Shown piece after piece: positions 9,287 to 19,778 of a stretch of 64,000 bases of DNA. Each line of letters starts with the position of its first letter. The first letter of the stretch is position 1. Made by a program: the position numbers and the translations under genes. Origin of the DNA: Candidatus Magasanikiibacteriota bacterium (GTDB lineage: Bacteria; Patescibacteriota; Patescibacteriia; Magasanikbacterales; GWA2-37-8). The DNA lies in contig JACOYB010000007.1 in the NCBI GenBank assembly GCA_016182085.1, forward strand, positions 6,381-70,380, read 5' to 3'. The notes under the pieces were generated by a model that saw only the letters and a list, made by a program, of their open reading frames with translations, had not been told where the DNA came from and ran no database searches.

Positions 9287-12200
9287 GTGTTTATGCTAAA
9301 GTCGCAGAAACAAAAATTGTTTTCCGTCAAAGTTAACGCAGCTTCTGGCGAGAAAAAAGAAAGTAAATTTTTAAGAGGATTTTTAAAATTATCCCCGGTT
9401 TTTGTTGGCCTGATAATGGTTTTTTATTATTTTTACCCCGCTTTTGCTAGTCCGCCTTCTAGTCCTTACGCACCCGGAGAAACTACCGATCCTTCTTGTT
9501 CCCCCGGAGATACCAACTGTACTGTTTATCCGCCATTTACCACCACTCTTACCGGCACGACCGCTATTACCATGGGTACTTCTTCCATTAGGTTTGCTTA
9601 CGACTCCACTAACTATTCTTCTCTCACCGTGGCTGCAGACGGGGCACTGACCGTTAGCTCTACTAATTCCGCCACCACTACTTTTATAAATAAAATATAT
9701 TTTTTAAGCAACGCATATTTTAATACGATTGCGTCCGGCACCTGGAACGGAAGCGTGATTGGCATTGCTTATGGCGGCACCAATTCGTCCACCATCGCCG
9801 CCAATGGTTCTATAGTTTACTCCGATGGCACCAGATACAACGCTACCGAAGTTGGAACCCTTGGTTACTTACTTATGTCCGCTGGAGGAGGCAGACCGGT
9901 ATGGATAAATAGCACTACCTTAGGCACCGGTATAGTGGGAAGTGGCACCGCTGGACAATTTCCTTATTATGCCACTAATGGCACAGCCGTAGTAGGAACT
10001 TCAACTTTATTTATTACCCCAACCAGTTTAGTTGGCATCGGCACCACCACCCCTACTCAAAAATTAGCAGTCGTAGGAAATATTTCTAATATTCTGGATC
10101 CTAGCAATACATCGTCTATTTCTCAGGTTTCTACCGTTACGGTGGGAACTGTGCCGCGAGGACTTTTTGTTTCCGGTCGGTACTTATATGTGGCTAATTA
10201 TAATGATAATACAATATCTGTCGTTGATGTTTCTAACTCTTCTGCCCCTGTCCAAATAGCTACGACTTCCGTAGACACTAACCCTATCTCTACCTTTGTT
10301 TCCGGTCGGTACTTATATGTGGCTAATTATAATTCAAATACTGTTTCCGTTGTTGATATTTCTAACCCCTCTGCCCCTAGAAAACTTTCTAGTGTGGCGG
10401 TAGAGGCGCAACCAACCACAATTTACGTCTCCGGCCATTATGCCTATGTAGTAAACCATACTTCAAACACTATTTCCGTTGTTGATGTCTCCAATCCATA
10501 TACTCCCGTCCAAATAGCTACGACTTCCGTAGGCAATAGTCCCCGCTCAGTTTATGTATCCGGCCGTTATGCGTATGTGGCAAATTATCTTGGAAATACC
10601 ATGTCGGTGGTTGATGTCTCCAATCCCGCGACTCCTGTCGAGATAGCTACGGTGGCTGTGGGAGCTAACCCGCGAGGCGTATATGTATCCGGCCGCTATG
10701 CTTATGTGGCAAATTTTTCTGGAGCGACCGTATCTGTTGTTGATGTCTCCAATCCTGCTGTTCCCGTTCAGATTGCTACCGCTCCTGTGGGTACTAGCCC
10801 TATGGCCATTTATGTCTCCGGCCGCTATGCCTATGTGGCTAACTTTAGTTCAGCCAATATTTCTATCGTTGATGTTTCTAGTTCTTCAGCTCCCAGCCAC
10901 ATTGCCACGGTGCCTGTAGGCACAAATCCTTATTCTATTTTTGTTTCCGGCCGCAATGTTTATGTGGCTAATTATGGTTCAAATACAATTTCTATCGTAG
11001 ACATACCCGGCGCTGAAGTAAGCAGCCTTATCGCTCACTCTGCCGAAGTAGGCAACATTCAATCTAGAAATGATATTTTAGCTCAAGGAAATATTATGGC
11101 CGGTACTGGTTTGATGGTTGGAGCGGGAGGGATAATGTCACAAGGAGGGTTATCTATCTTTGCCTCTACAACCGGTTCCACTTCGTCTATATTTAGTATT
11201 GATTCGGCCGCCTCTTCCAGCATAATTAAAGTTTTGGCCAATGGCAGAGTTGGTATCGGCACTTCAAGTCCGCAAGCGCTTCTCAGTTTGGTAAATGACT
11301 CTAATACTCAACTTCACCTCAACAGGTCCGGCGCATCCGGGCAAACGGGTACTCTTAGAATCGGCAATCAAGCAGGTTTAATTTCAAATTCTCGTGGAGG
11401 AATTAACAACGGAGTTCTGCGTAATGATGGCGTTTTACATCTGACTCGCAATCTTGTCTATAACAGCGGAGACTGGGAATTAGAAGCAGCCGACACAGGC
11501 GGTTTATTGGAAGTTGGAGCCGAGGGTATTTCTTTATGGACTGCCGCTTCAGCTGCGGCGGGTACAAAAAACCTTGGCATTATTTTAATGGCTCGTGATG
11601 ATGGTGATCTGGTAATTCCGGCAAAAGTCGGTATCGGGGTTCCTTATAATGATTCCACAGTTACTACCCCTCTGTATGTACAAGGAAACACCTCAGAAAT
11701 TATGAGGTCAGTTCGTACTTCCACGCTTACCAATGTTGCGCCTACGGGTTTGCGTGTTGCGCACAACTCCACCAACTCCAGTCTTGCCGATGGTTTTGGA
11801 ATGGTGATGCAGTTTGCCATAGATAGCCCTTCAATCTCGGAAACGGCCATAGCCGAAATCGGCGGTGTTAGATCGGGAGGAGATACTTCGGGCGCCCTTG
11901 TGTTTAGTACTTACAACGCGGGAGTTAGCACAGAAAAATTAAGAATTACACCTTCGGGTTTAATTGGAATTAACTCCACCTCACCCATAGCCAGTTTTGC
12001 ATTACAAGGCACGAGTACGAGTAATCTTTTTGCCTTTTCATCTTCCACCGGCGCAAATTTATTGAGATTGACCACTGACGGTGGTTTAGGTTTTGGTACT
12101 ACCCCGGCTACTACCGGCGCTATTCGCCTTGAAAATAATACGGGTATTTATGCCAGAAGAGCTGATAATGCCGCCGATATTGGCTTGCTTAGTTTGAACA

Positions 12201-14212
12201 CATCAAACCAGATCGTAATTGGCGTCAACGCCAGCGCCGTATTATTAAGTACCGATTTAGGTTTTAGCACTGATAATACCTACGACATCGGCGGAGGCAC
12301 AAGAAGTCCGCGGCATATTTTTGCGCGTAGTAATATAGCTGCCGGTACCAGCACCGCGATTGCCAGATTGACAGTGCAAGGAGATGGAACAGCCAATCCT
12401 TTTTCGGTTGTCACTTCAACCGCCGCCGCTTCTTCCATGTTTACAATTTTGACAAATGGCAGAGTTGGTATTAACACATCTTCTCCCGTTGCTATGTTAG
12501 CATTACAGGGCAGTGATGGTATTAATCCTTTGGAAATAGCTTCATCTACCGGCGCCAGCATGTTTAGAATTTTAACAAATGGAAATATTGGCATTGGAAA
12601 CAGCGCTCCTCTAGGTGATTTAGAAATAGGCAGCACAGCAGAATCGCAGGGTTTATTGGGTATTACAGCTAGCACTGCCGGAACAAGCGATATTTTCTTT
12701 AATAACAGCTCACAAAATAGAGGTGTAATTCGCTATACGCACTCCAGTGACAGTATGGCTCTTTGGAGCGCGGGAAGCGAAAGAATGAGAATTTCAAGTA
12801 CCGGTTTGGTGGGCGTTGGCACTACTACGCCATTATCCAAATTAACCGTAGTCGGTTCCGGTAATAACAGTACTACGATTGCTTTTAATACTTATAGCGC
12901 CTCCGGCACTTCCACTTTCAAAATTGATGATGCCGGCAATGCCTTTTTTGCCAACGATGGTATTTATTACGAAGCGTCCAGTTCAGTTGCTTATATAAAT
13001 AGTTTAGAAACAGGTCCGTTAAATTTTGATGATAATGCCGGCATGGTAACTTGGGTTGATATGTTAGTTTCTTCCTCAGTGGCCGGAACGCCAAACAGTT
13101 ATACGGCCGCCATAAATGATAACCCAATGTTAATGATATATGCGGAAAGCAATGGTTCGGGCGGTATTGCCAATCAAACAATTTCCATAAACACCAGCAC
13201 GACTTCTACTTATAAATTGTATATAGACGCGGGCGCCAGCACCACCGCCGGTTTGGGCGTAAATGGTTTTATAAAAGCCTCCGGGTATATTGCCGGCACC
13301 ACTACTTTAGATATTGCCGAAACTTACCCATTGGATCCGGAATGCGAGGCCAATGGAAATTGCCCTACATATGGCGAAGTCGTTTGTTCCGGAGAAGACG
13401 CATCTTCTACTGTATTTATCAAAAAATGTTCCGCCGCTTATGCCGATAATATTATCGGTGTGATTTCAGAAAACCCCGGTTTTATTTTGGGAGGTTATGA
13501 TGTCAGTAATGTAAGAATAAAAGGTTTATACCCGACTTCATTTAGGCCGGTAGCTTTGGGCGGACGCGTGCCGGTTAAAGTTTCTAACGCTAATGGCGCT
13601 ATTAAAGAAGGGGATTATCTTACTTCTTCCGCCGAGCCGGGGTTAGCCGTAAAAGCCATAGAGCCGGGCAGAGTAATAGGTATTGCTTTGCAATCTGTGG
13701 AAGAAAACGCTGAAACCGGCACTGTGATAATGTTTGTAAATCCGCATTGGTCGGCCGGCAGCTTAACCGAAGAGAGTATAGGCGCTGATTTGCCGGATTT
13801 TGCCGATGTTGTATTAGATAAATTTACTTTGGCCATAAAAAATAGTTTAAGAAAATTAGGGCTAGCAATTAAAAACGGAATTGCCACGGTAAAAGAATTG
13901 TTTGCTGACAAAGTTACTACCCAGCAGCTTTGTGTCGGTAGCACTTGTGTAAACGAACAGCAGCTGCAAGATATTTTAAATAGAACAAATGTACAGCCGG
14001 CGCCTTCCAATCCGTCGCCAGTGATACCGGAAAATGAAGCCGTTAACGCCCAAACCGCCCCCACTTCTTCCGTATCTGCGCCAGAATCCGCTGTTTCTTC
14101 TACCACAAATATAGTTGAAACTGTTGTTAACGAAACCGTTTTGGATACTGCTTCTTCCACACCCGCTGTTTCCGATACTGCTGCAGGCTCCACCACCGCC
14201 GAATCGCAATAA
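9287..14212 (+). CDS. Giant (1641 aa) anchored surface protein: 7x YVTN/LVIVD-type beta-propeller repeats, then tail-fibre-like G-[RN]-[VI]-G-I-G-T-x-S-P repeats, with a Cys-containing C-terminal domain
   Basis: N-terminal TM anchor. Seven repeats of about 43 aa (e.g. VYVSGRYAYVANYLGNTMSVVDVSNPATPVEIATVAVGANPRG). Recurring …NGRVGIGTSSPQALLSL… units. SD aggag. Confidence 0.8.
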   Translation: MFMLKSQKQKLFSVKVNAASGEKKESKFLRGFLKLSPVFVGLIMVFYYFYPAFASPPSSPYAPGETTDPSCSPGDTNCTVYPPFTTTLTGTTAITMGTSSIRFAYDSTNYSSLTVAADGALTVSSTNSATTTFINKIYFLSNAYFNTIASGTWNGSVIGIAYGGTNSSTIAANGSIVYSDGTRYNATEVGTLGYLLMSAGGGRPVWINSTTLGTGIVGSGTAGQFPYYATNGTAVVGTSTLFITPTSLVGIGTTTPTQKLAVVGNISNILDPSNTSSISQVSTVTVGTVPRGLFVSGRYLYVANYNDNTISVVDVSNSSAPVQIATTSVDTNPISTFVSGRYLYVANYNSNTVSVVDISNPSAPRKLSSVAVEAQPTTIYVSGHYAYVVNHTSNTISVVDVSNPYTPVQIATTSVGNSPRSVYVSGRYAYVANYLGNTMSVVDVSNPATPVEIATVAVGANPRGVYVSGRYAYVANFSGATVSVVDVSNPAVPVQIATAPVGTSPMAIYVSGRYAYVANFSSANISIVDVSSSSAPSHIATVPVGTNPYSIFVSGRNVYVANYGSNTISIVDIPGAEVSSLIAHSAEVGNIQSRNDILAQGNIMAGTGLMVGAGGIMSQGGLSIFASTTGSTSSIFSIDSAASSSIIKVLANGRVGIGTSSPQALLSLVNDSNTQLHLNRSGASGQTGTLRIGNQAGLISNSRGGINNGVLRNDGVLHLTRNLVYNSGDWELEAADTGGLLEVGAEGISLWTAASAAAGTKNLGIILMARDDGDLVIPAKVGIGVPYNDSTVTTPLYVQGNTSEIMRSVRTSTLTNVAPTGLRVAHNSTNSSLADGFGMVMQFAIDSPSISETAIAEIGGVRSGGDTSGALVFSTYNAGVSTEKLRITPSGLIGINSTSPIASFALQGTSTSNLFAFSSSTGANLLRLTTDGGLGFGTTPATTGAIRLENNTGIYARRADNAADIGLLSLNTSNQIVIGVNASAVLLSTDLGFSTDNTYDIGGGTRSPRHIFARSNIAAGTSTAIARLTVQGDGTANPFSVVTSTAAASSMFTILTNGRVGINTSSPVAMLALQGSDGINPLEIASSTGASMFRILTNGNIGIGNSAPLGDLEIGSTAESQGLLGITASTAGTSDIFFNNSSQNRGVIRYTHSSDSMALWSAGSERMRISSTGLVGVGTTTPLSKLTVVGSGNNSTTIAFNTYSASGTSTFKIDDAGNAFFANDGIYYEASSSVAYINSLETGPLNFDDNAGMVTWVDMLVSSSVAGTPNSYTAAINDNPMLMIYAESNGSGGIANQTISINTSTTSTYKLYIDAGASTTAGLGVNGFIKASGYIAGTTTLDIAETYPLDPECEANGNCPTYGEVVCSGEDASSTVFIKKCSAAYADNIIGVISENPGFILGGYDVSNVRIKGLYPTSFRPVALGGRVPVKVSNANGAIKEGDYLTSSAEPGLAVKAIEPGRVIGIALQSVEENAETGTVIMFVNPHWSAGSLTEESIGADLPDFADVVLDKFTLAIKNSLRKLGLAIKNGIATVKELFADKVTTQQLCVGSTCVNEQQLQDILNRTNVQPAPSNPSPVIPENEAVNAQTAPTSSVSAPESAVSSTTNIVETVVNETVLDTASSTPAVSDTAAGSTTAESQ
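10150..11010 (+). repeat. Tandem ~129-bp coding repeats (7 copies) encoding the propeller blades inside the 1641-aa gene
   Basis: Nucleotide-level near-identical units (…gtttccggtcggtacttatatgtggctaattataat…) recur every ~129 bp. Confidence 0.7.
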
Positions 14213-14222
14213 ATAGAATCTT

Positions 14223-16370
14223 ATGAGTAAGAAAAAATTTTTACAATCAAACTTGGTGTCTATTTCCGTTTTGTCGGCTCTGTTGGTTGTATTTATTATA
14301 AATAATAATCAGGTCGAAGCGGCTGTTATTAATAAAACAAGCGACCTAAATTCTTTAAGAAACGGATTGGTCGGGTGGTGGACTTTTGATGGGGCAAATG
14401 TGACCGCAACGACAGTTACCGATAAAAGCGGCGGCGGGTTGAACGGCACAAGAAACGGCACTCTTAGGGCTGCGGGAAAAATCGGCCAAGCCTTAAAATT
14501 TAACGGCACCAGCAGCGATTATATTACTCTTCCGGCTACGGGCGATTTTAATGTTAGAGGGAATATGGGGCGTCTCTCCAGTGAAAATTGGAGTTTAAGC
14601 GCTTGGTATAAAGGCACCGACCTTAGGCAGAATGTTGATTATGGCGTATCTTTAATTGGTTGGAACAGTGGCAATCTTTTTGCTTCTTTTTCAGTGCGAA
14701 GCGGCTATGCGGAATTTGCGCATTACAATGGCGGTTGGCAGCACAATATAAAATCAGCCACTTTGGTTGCAGACGGCAAATGGCACTTGATTACGTACTC
14801 CAACTACTCGGACAACACAGGCAGTCTTTATATTGACGGTATTTTAGAAATTGATAGAGCCAGCTCCACTATCGGCAGCGGAAGTTTTTTTCAGCCGTAT
14901 CATATTGGCGCTAACTTTAATAATATATATACAATTGGAACTATTGATGATGCCCGTATTTATAACCGTTCCTTGTCATCGGTAGAAGTAACACAGCTTT
15001 ACAAAACGGGCGGAGGAAAAATAAATAAAACAGATGCAATTAGAGCGCAGTTAAGAGAGGGGTTGAAAGCGCACTGGACATTTGATGGGGCAGATATGAC
15101 CCCCAATACTAGTACCGACAAAAGTGGCCAGGGAAATCATGGTACAAGAACCGGTGTAACCACCATGGTAAGAGGTAAAGTCGGGCAAGCCATGGAATTT
15201 AACGGGGCTACTGGCAGCGATATTGTTGTTACAACCAGCGCTTCTTTAAACCCCGCTACAGCTATGACAGTTTCTGCGTGGGTGAAAACCACCGATTCTA
15301 CAGGTATTATAATAAATAAAGACGACGGTGGTTCAAATAGGCAGTATTCCTTATTGACAAATTCAGGGGTACAATTTTTTGCTTTTCAATCTGGAGCCAC
15401 TTACACAAATACTGCTGCGATAGGAATTTCCGATGGCAAATGGCATTTTGTTGTTGGTACGGTAGATGTTAATGGAGACGGTAAAGCGCGAATGTATATA
15501 GATGGAGTTTTAAGAGATACGGGTGCAGTCGCAATTACAAGTATAGCTTCCAGCAGTGTGCCTGCTACCATTGGCGACAGACCGACAAACGCCTTTCCTT
15601 TGAGCGGTACAATTGATGATGCTCGAATTTATAATCGCGCCTTATCCCATGCCGAAGCGGCTGAACTATATAAAATGGCAAATAATAAAACCAGTAAAAC
15701 AGACACAGTGAGAGTGCAGCCTAAAAACAGTTTGGTTGGGCATTGGACTTTTGATGGCGGGAATATGACATCCGTTACGAGTACCGACACAAGCGGCCAG
15801 GGAAATCATGGAACAAGCACGATAATAAGCGCGACTAGAGGAAAAATAGGACAAGGTCTAGATTTTAAAGATACCAATTATTTTATAAACCTGGGCGATC
15901 CGTCATCTTTAAGGTTAACAACTCAGTTTACGGTTTCTTCTTGGGTTAAGGTTCGCGCTCATAAAAATTATAATCAAGTTTTTATGAAAAACGACGCTAA
16001 TTCGGATTTTTATGGCCTTTTGTTGGATGCAAACGGAAAATTAACCGGACAAGTTGGCAATGGCGGTTCTAATGTTACGCTAGTGGGCAATACGGTCTTA
16101 TCAGCAGGCAAGTGGTATCATGTAGCCGCAACCTATAACTCTGCTTTAGCATCCGGCAATCTAAAATTATATATAAATGGCGTTGAAGATACGTATGTGG
16201 GCAACGGTAATTTTTCTAGCGGCGTAGGGGACACAGCCGGCGGTTATACCAATATAGCTAAAGATCCGGTGAATGGAAGAAATTTTGATGGGTTACTTGA
16301 TGATGTCCGCGTTTATAGCCGTCCTCTGGCTCCGGCCGAAATCATGGCTTTGTATAAAACGGGTAAATAA
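14223..16370 (+). CDS. Secreted protein with three LamG-like (concanavalin A-like lectin/glucanase) jelly-roll domains
   Basis: Signal peptide. Three ~230-aa modules each with W(T)FDG…D(K/T)SG(Q)GNHGT…DDARIYNR(A/S)LS…LYKTG, as in the LamG_3-type domain family. Confidence 0.75.
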   Translation: MSKKKFLQSNLVSISVLSALLVVFIINNNQVEAAVINKTSDLNSLRNGLVGWWTFDGANVTATTVTDKSGGGLNGTRNGTLRAAGKIGQALKFNGTSSDYITLPATGDFNVRGNMGRLSSENWSLSAWYKGTDLRQNVDYGVSLIGWNSGNLFASFSVRSGYAEFAHYNGGWQHNIKSATLVADGKWHLITYSNYSDNTGSLYIDGILEIDRASSTIGSGSFFQPYHIGANFNNIYTIGTIDDARIYNRSLSSVEVTQLYKTGGGKINKTDAIRAQLREGLKAHWTFDGADMTPNTSTDKSGQGNHGTRTGVTTMVRGKVGQAMEFNGATGSDIVVTTSASLNPATAMTVSAWVKTTDSTGIIINKDDGGSNRQYSLLTNSGVQFFAFQSGATYTNTAAIGISDGKWHFVVGTVDVNGDGKARMYIDGVLRDTGAVAITSIASSSVPATIGDRPTNAFPLSGTIDDARIYNRALSHAEAAELYKMANNKTSKTDTVRVQPKNSLVGHWTFDGGNMTSVTSTDTSGQGNHGTSTIISATRGKIGQGLDFKDTNYFINLGDPSSLRLTTQFTVSSWVKVRAHKNYNQVFMKNDANSDFYGLLLDANGKLTGQVGNGGSNVTLVGNTVLSAGKWYHVAATYNSALASGNLKLYINGVEDTYVGNGNFSSGVGDTAGGYTNIAKDPVNGRNFDGLLDDVRVYSRPLAPAEIMALYKTGK

Positions 16371-16372
16371 TT

Positions 16373-16687
16373 ATGCAAATAAAATTTAGTCAGAACGAAA
16401 TAAAAGATCCGGAAAAATCTATATTGCGCTGCGGTTATGCCAAAATTATAGACAGACGAATGGGTAAGACCAGTTTTGCCAAGCGAATCCATCGCGATTT
16501 TTATCCGCGTTTCCACGTCTATATAAAAGTAGAAGGGGGTAGTGTAATTTTTGATTTACATTTAGACCAAAAGCGCCCGATTTATGAAGGTGTAACAGCT
16601 CACTCCGGAGAATACGACGGCGAAGTTGTAGAAAGAGAGGCAGAGAGGATAAAAAGTATGATGCTTTTGGCTATTTCTCAGCCTTGA
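16373..16687 (+). CDS. Hypothetical protein (104 aa), translationally coupled to the LamG protein gene
   Basis: The ORF starts 2 nt after the upstream stop. No recognisable motif. Confidence 0.45.
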   Translation: MQIKFSQNEIKDPEKSILRCGYAKIIDRRMGKTSFAKRIHRDFYPRFHVYIKVEGGSVIFDLHLDQKRPIYEGVTAHSGEYDGEVVEREAERIKSMMLLAISQP

Positions 16688-16747
16688 TTATCCTTATAGT
16701 CTATGATAAAATAGGCAGACCTTACAGAGGTCTATTTTTGTAATAAT

Positions 16748-19513
16748 ATGTCTTTCCTCACTAAAATTTTCGGAGATCCAAACGTCAAAGTAATCCAAAG
16801 TATTCAGCCAATTGTAGATAAAATAAATTCTTTGGAACCGGCCATGGAAAAGCTGAGTTTGGTTGATCTGAGAAACAAAACTGATGAATTTAAAAATCGT
16901 TTAGGCGGCGGTGAAACCCTAGATGACATTTTACCTGAAGCCTTTGCGGTCGTGCGAGAGACTTCTAAGCGCATCACCGGCATGCGTCATTTTGACGTCC
17001 AGCTTATCGGCGGTATCGTTTTGCATCGTGGCAGTATTGCCGAAATGGGAACCGGTGAAGGTAAAACGCTTGTAGGAACTTTGCCAACATATTTAAATGC
17101 TTTAGCGGGCAAAGGTGTGCATGTGGTAACCGTAAACGACTATCTAGCTAAACGTGATGCCGTTTGGATGGCGCAGATTTATGAGGCGCTGGGTTTAACT
17201 GTCGGTATTATTCAACAGCAATTAATTTCTTTTAAATATAATGCTCAAAAATCAATAAAACCGGAGGAAGATTTAACCGAAGGCAGCGCCGCCGATAAAG
17301 AAAGAGATGTTAAGGGCATGTATAAAGTTGAAACAGAATTTTTAGAACGCTGTTCCCGCCAAGAGGCATATAGCTGTGATATTACCTACGGCACCAATAA
17401 TGAATTTGGTTTTGATTATTTGCGCGACAACATGGTGCAAAGCAAGCAAGAAATGTCGCAGCGGCCGTTTTTTTTCGCCATTGTAGATGAGGTAGATTCT
17501 ATTTTAATTGATGAGGCTCGAACCCCGCTTATTATTTCCGCGCCGGCCGAAGACGCCACCGACATGTATTATAAATTTGCCGATTTGGTAAGCCGCTTAA
17601 AAGAAAATGAAGATTATAATGTAGATGAAAAAATGCGGTCTTCCACGCTTACCGAAGCGGGTATAAATAAAATTGAAAAATCTTTGGGTGTAGATAATAT
17701 TTATGCTGAGGGTGGAATCGCCATGGTGCATCACGCGGAACAAGCGCTTCGTGCTCATGCTTTATTTTCGCGTGATCGCGATTATATAGTGGAAAATGGC
17801 GAAGTGATAATTGTAGACGAATTTACCGGCAGAAAAATGCCGGGCCGCCGCTATAGCGAAGGTTTGCACCAAGCCATAGAAGCCAAAGAACATGTAAAGA
17901 TTCAACAGGAAAGCCGCACCATGGCGACCGTTACTTTCCAAAATTATTTTAGATTATATCCGAAATTATCCGGTATGACCGGTACAGCGGTAACCGAAGC
18001 GGAAGAATTTGGAAAAATTTATAAATTAGAAGTTGTGGTCGTTCCGCCAAATAGAAAAAATCAACGCCATAATCATCCGGATAGAATTTATAAAACTGAA
18101 AGTACAAAGTTTAAAGCGATTGCTTTAAAAGTAAAAGAACTACAAGACAAAGGCCAGCCTGTGCTTATTGGTACCGTGGCGGTAGATAAAAATGAAGCCC
18201 TCAGTTTATTTTTGGAACGTGAAGGAATCAAGCACGAAATTTTAAATGCTAAAAACCACGAACGCGAAGGTGAAATTATTGCTCAAGCTGGCCGCGCCGG
18301 CGCGGTGACGCTTGCTACCAATATGGCCGGTCGTGGTGTGGATATTTTGTTAGGTGGAAATCCAGTTGTGTCCGAAGAAGCCAATAAAGTTCGCGAAGCG
18401 GGCGGTTTGTTTGTTATTGGCACGGAACGCCACGAAAGCCGCCGTATAGATAATCAATTGCGCGGCCGCAGCGGCCGTCAGGGAGACCCGGGCGAATCTC
18501 AGTTTTATCTATCTACCGAAGACGACCTAATGCGAATTTTTGCCGGCGATCGCATACGCTCTGTAATGGAAACCCTCAAAGTGCCGGACGATATGCCGAT
18601 AGAACAAAGAATGATAACTCGTATTTTGGAATCCGCCCAAAGAAAAGTGGAAGGAATTCATTTTGATACCCGCAAGCACTTATTGGAATATGATGACGTG
18701 CTAAATCGCCACCGAGAAGTTATTTATGGCAAGCGCCGTGAAATTTTGGATGCTTTTTCCGCCCAAGGCGGACCCGCCTCGGGCGGGGAGGGCAAAACTA
18801 AAACTCTTAGAGAAATGATTTTGGATATGGTAGAACAAGAGATTGAGCAAGTTGTTTCTTTTCATACCAACACCGAAAGCCGACACGATTGGAATGTTAA
18901 AGAAATTTTGGAAAATGTTTCCACTATTTTTGCCCTGTCAGATGAAGAAAAGAAAACCGTTACGGATCTGGCGGCTGGCGAGCGCAGTCAAAAATTGGCA
19001 GAAGTAGAAGCCCGTACCAAAATTATTGAATACCTAGTGGATTTAGCTAATAAAAAATACGATGCGCTGCTTGTTAAGGCGGTACCGGATATTGCGATGC
19101 TGCTAGAAATAGAAAAACAAGTGCTGCTTCGCGCGATGGATAATTTATGGGTAGATCATTTGGTGGCCGTGGATTACTTGCGTACCGGTATTGGTCTGCG
19201 CGGGTACGGTCAGCACGATCCGCTCGTAGAATACAAAAAAGAAACGTATCGCATGTTCAATGAACTGCTTAACTTGATTCAAAAAGAAGTGGTTTATATT
19301 ATTTACAAAGTAAACTTGGGTATTCAATTGGCGCCATCGGTAATGGGCGCAAGTAAAAATTTGAATTTCAAAGGAGCCAGCGACGCCATAGATGGCGAGG
19401 TTGAGGTTTCAAATAGTCGAAAAGAGAAGGGTGTGGACGGAAAAGAAGTTGGGCGCAATGATTTATGCCCTTGTGGAAGTGGAAAGAAGTATAAAAAGTG
19501 CCATGGGGCCTAA
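16748..19513 (+). CDS. secA: Preprotein translocase ATPase SecA
   Basis: N-terminus MSFLTKIFGDPNVK. DEAD-like motor motifs. C-terminal zinc finger CPCGSGKKYKKCHG. Confidence 0.95.
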   Translation: MSFLTKIFGDPNVKVIQSIQPIVDKINSLEPAMEKLSLVDLRNKTDEFKNRLGGGETLDDILPEAFAVVRETSKRITGMRHFDVQLIGGIVLHRGSIAEMGTGEGKTLVGTLPTYLNALAGKGVHVVTVNDYLAKRDAVWMAQIYEALGLTVGIIQQQLISFKYNAQKSIKPEEDLTEGSAADKERDVKGMYKVETEFLERCSRQEAYSCDITYGTNNEFGFDYLRDNMVQSKQEMSQRPFFFAIVDEVDSILIDEARTPLIISAPAEDATDMYYKFADLVSRLKENEDYNVDEKMRSSTLTEAGINKIEKSLGVDNIYAEGGIAMVHHAEQALRAHALFSRDRDYIVENGEVIIVDEFTGRKMPGRRYSEGLHQAIEAKEHVKIQQESRTMATVTFQNYFRLYPKLSGMTGTAVTEAEEFGKIYKLEVVVVPPNRKNQRHNHPDRIYKTESTKFKAIALKVKELQDKGQPVLIGTVAVDKNEALSLFLEREGIKHEILNAKNHEREGEIIAQAGRAGAVTLATNMAGRGVDILLGGNPVVSEEANKVREAGGLFVIGTERHESRRIDNQLRGRSGRQGDPGESQFYLSTEDDLMRIFAGDRIRSVMETLKVPDDMPIEQRMITRILESAQRKVEGIHFDTRKHLLEYDDVLNRHREVIYGKRREILDAFSAQGGPASGGEGKTKTLREMILDMVEQEIEQVVSFHTNTESRHDWNVKEILENVSTIFALSDEEKKTVTDLAAGERSQKLAEVEARTKIIEYLVDLANKKYDALLVKAVPDIAMLLEIEKQVLLRAMDNLWVDHLVAVDYLRTGIGLRGYGQHDPLVEYKKETYRMFNELLNLIQKEVVYIIYKVNLGIQLAPSVMGASKNLNFKGASDAIDGEVEVSNSRKEKGVDGKEVGRNDLCPCGSGKKYKKCHGA

Positions 19514-19525
19514 TTATTTAAATTT

Positions 19526-19768
19526 ATGGAAACACCTCCAATTTTTGAAATTAGAGAATCAATAATTGATGGATTGGTAGATGCGTTTGCTGAAAAAGAA
19601 GGTATGAATTCGGAAGACATAATGTCAGATATTATTGTTTTTGCCCCCTACGAAGGCAATGATTCAGCCAACCCCGATTATATAGAACAGGTGGCCGAAT
19701 TGATAGGTGTTTCAAACGAGGAAATGATTGAATACGCAATCAAAAAAGCGAAAGAGCATTTGAAGTGA
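19526..19768 (+). CDS. Small acidic hypothetical protein (80 aa)
   Basis: Compact ORF directly after secA. No known motif. Confidence 0.4.
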   Translation: METPPIFEIRESIIDGLVDAFAEKEGMNSEDIMSDIIVFAPYEGNDSANPDYIEQVAELIGVSNEEMIEYAIKKAKEHLK

Positions 19769-19778
19769 CCCCCCCTTC

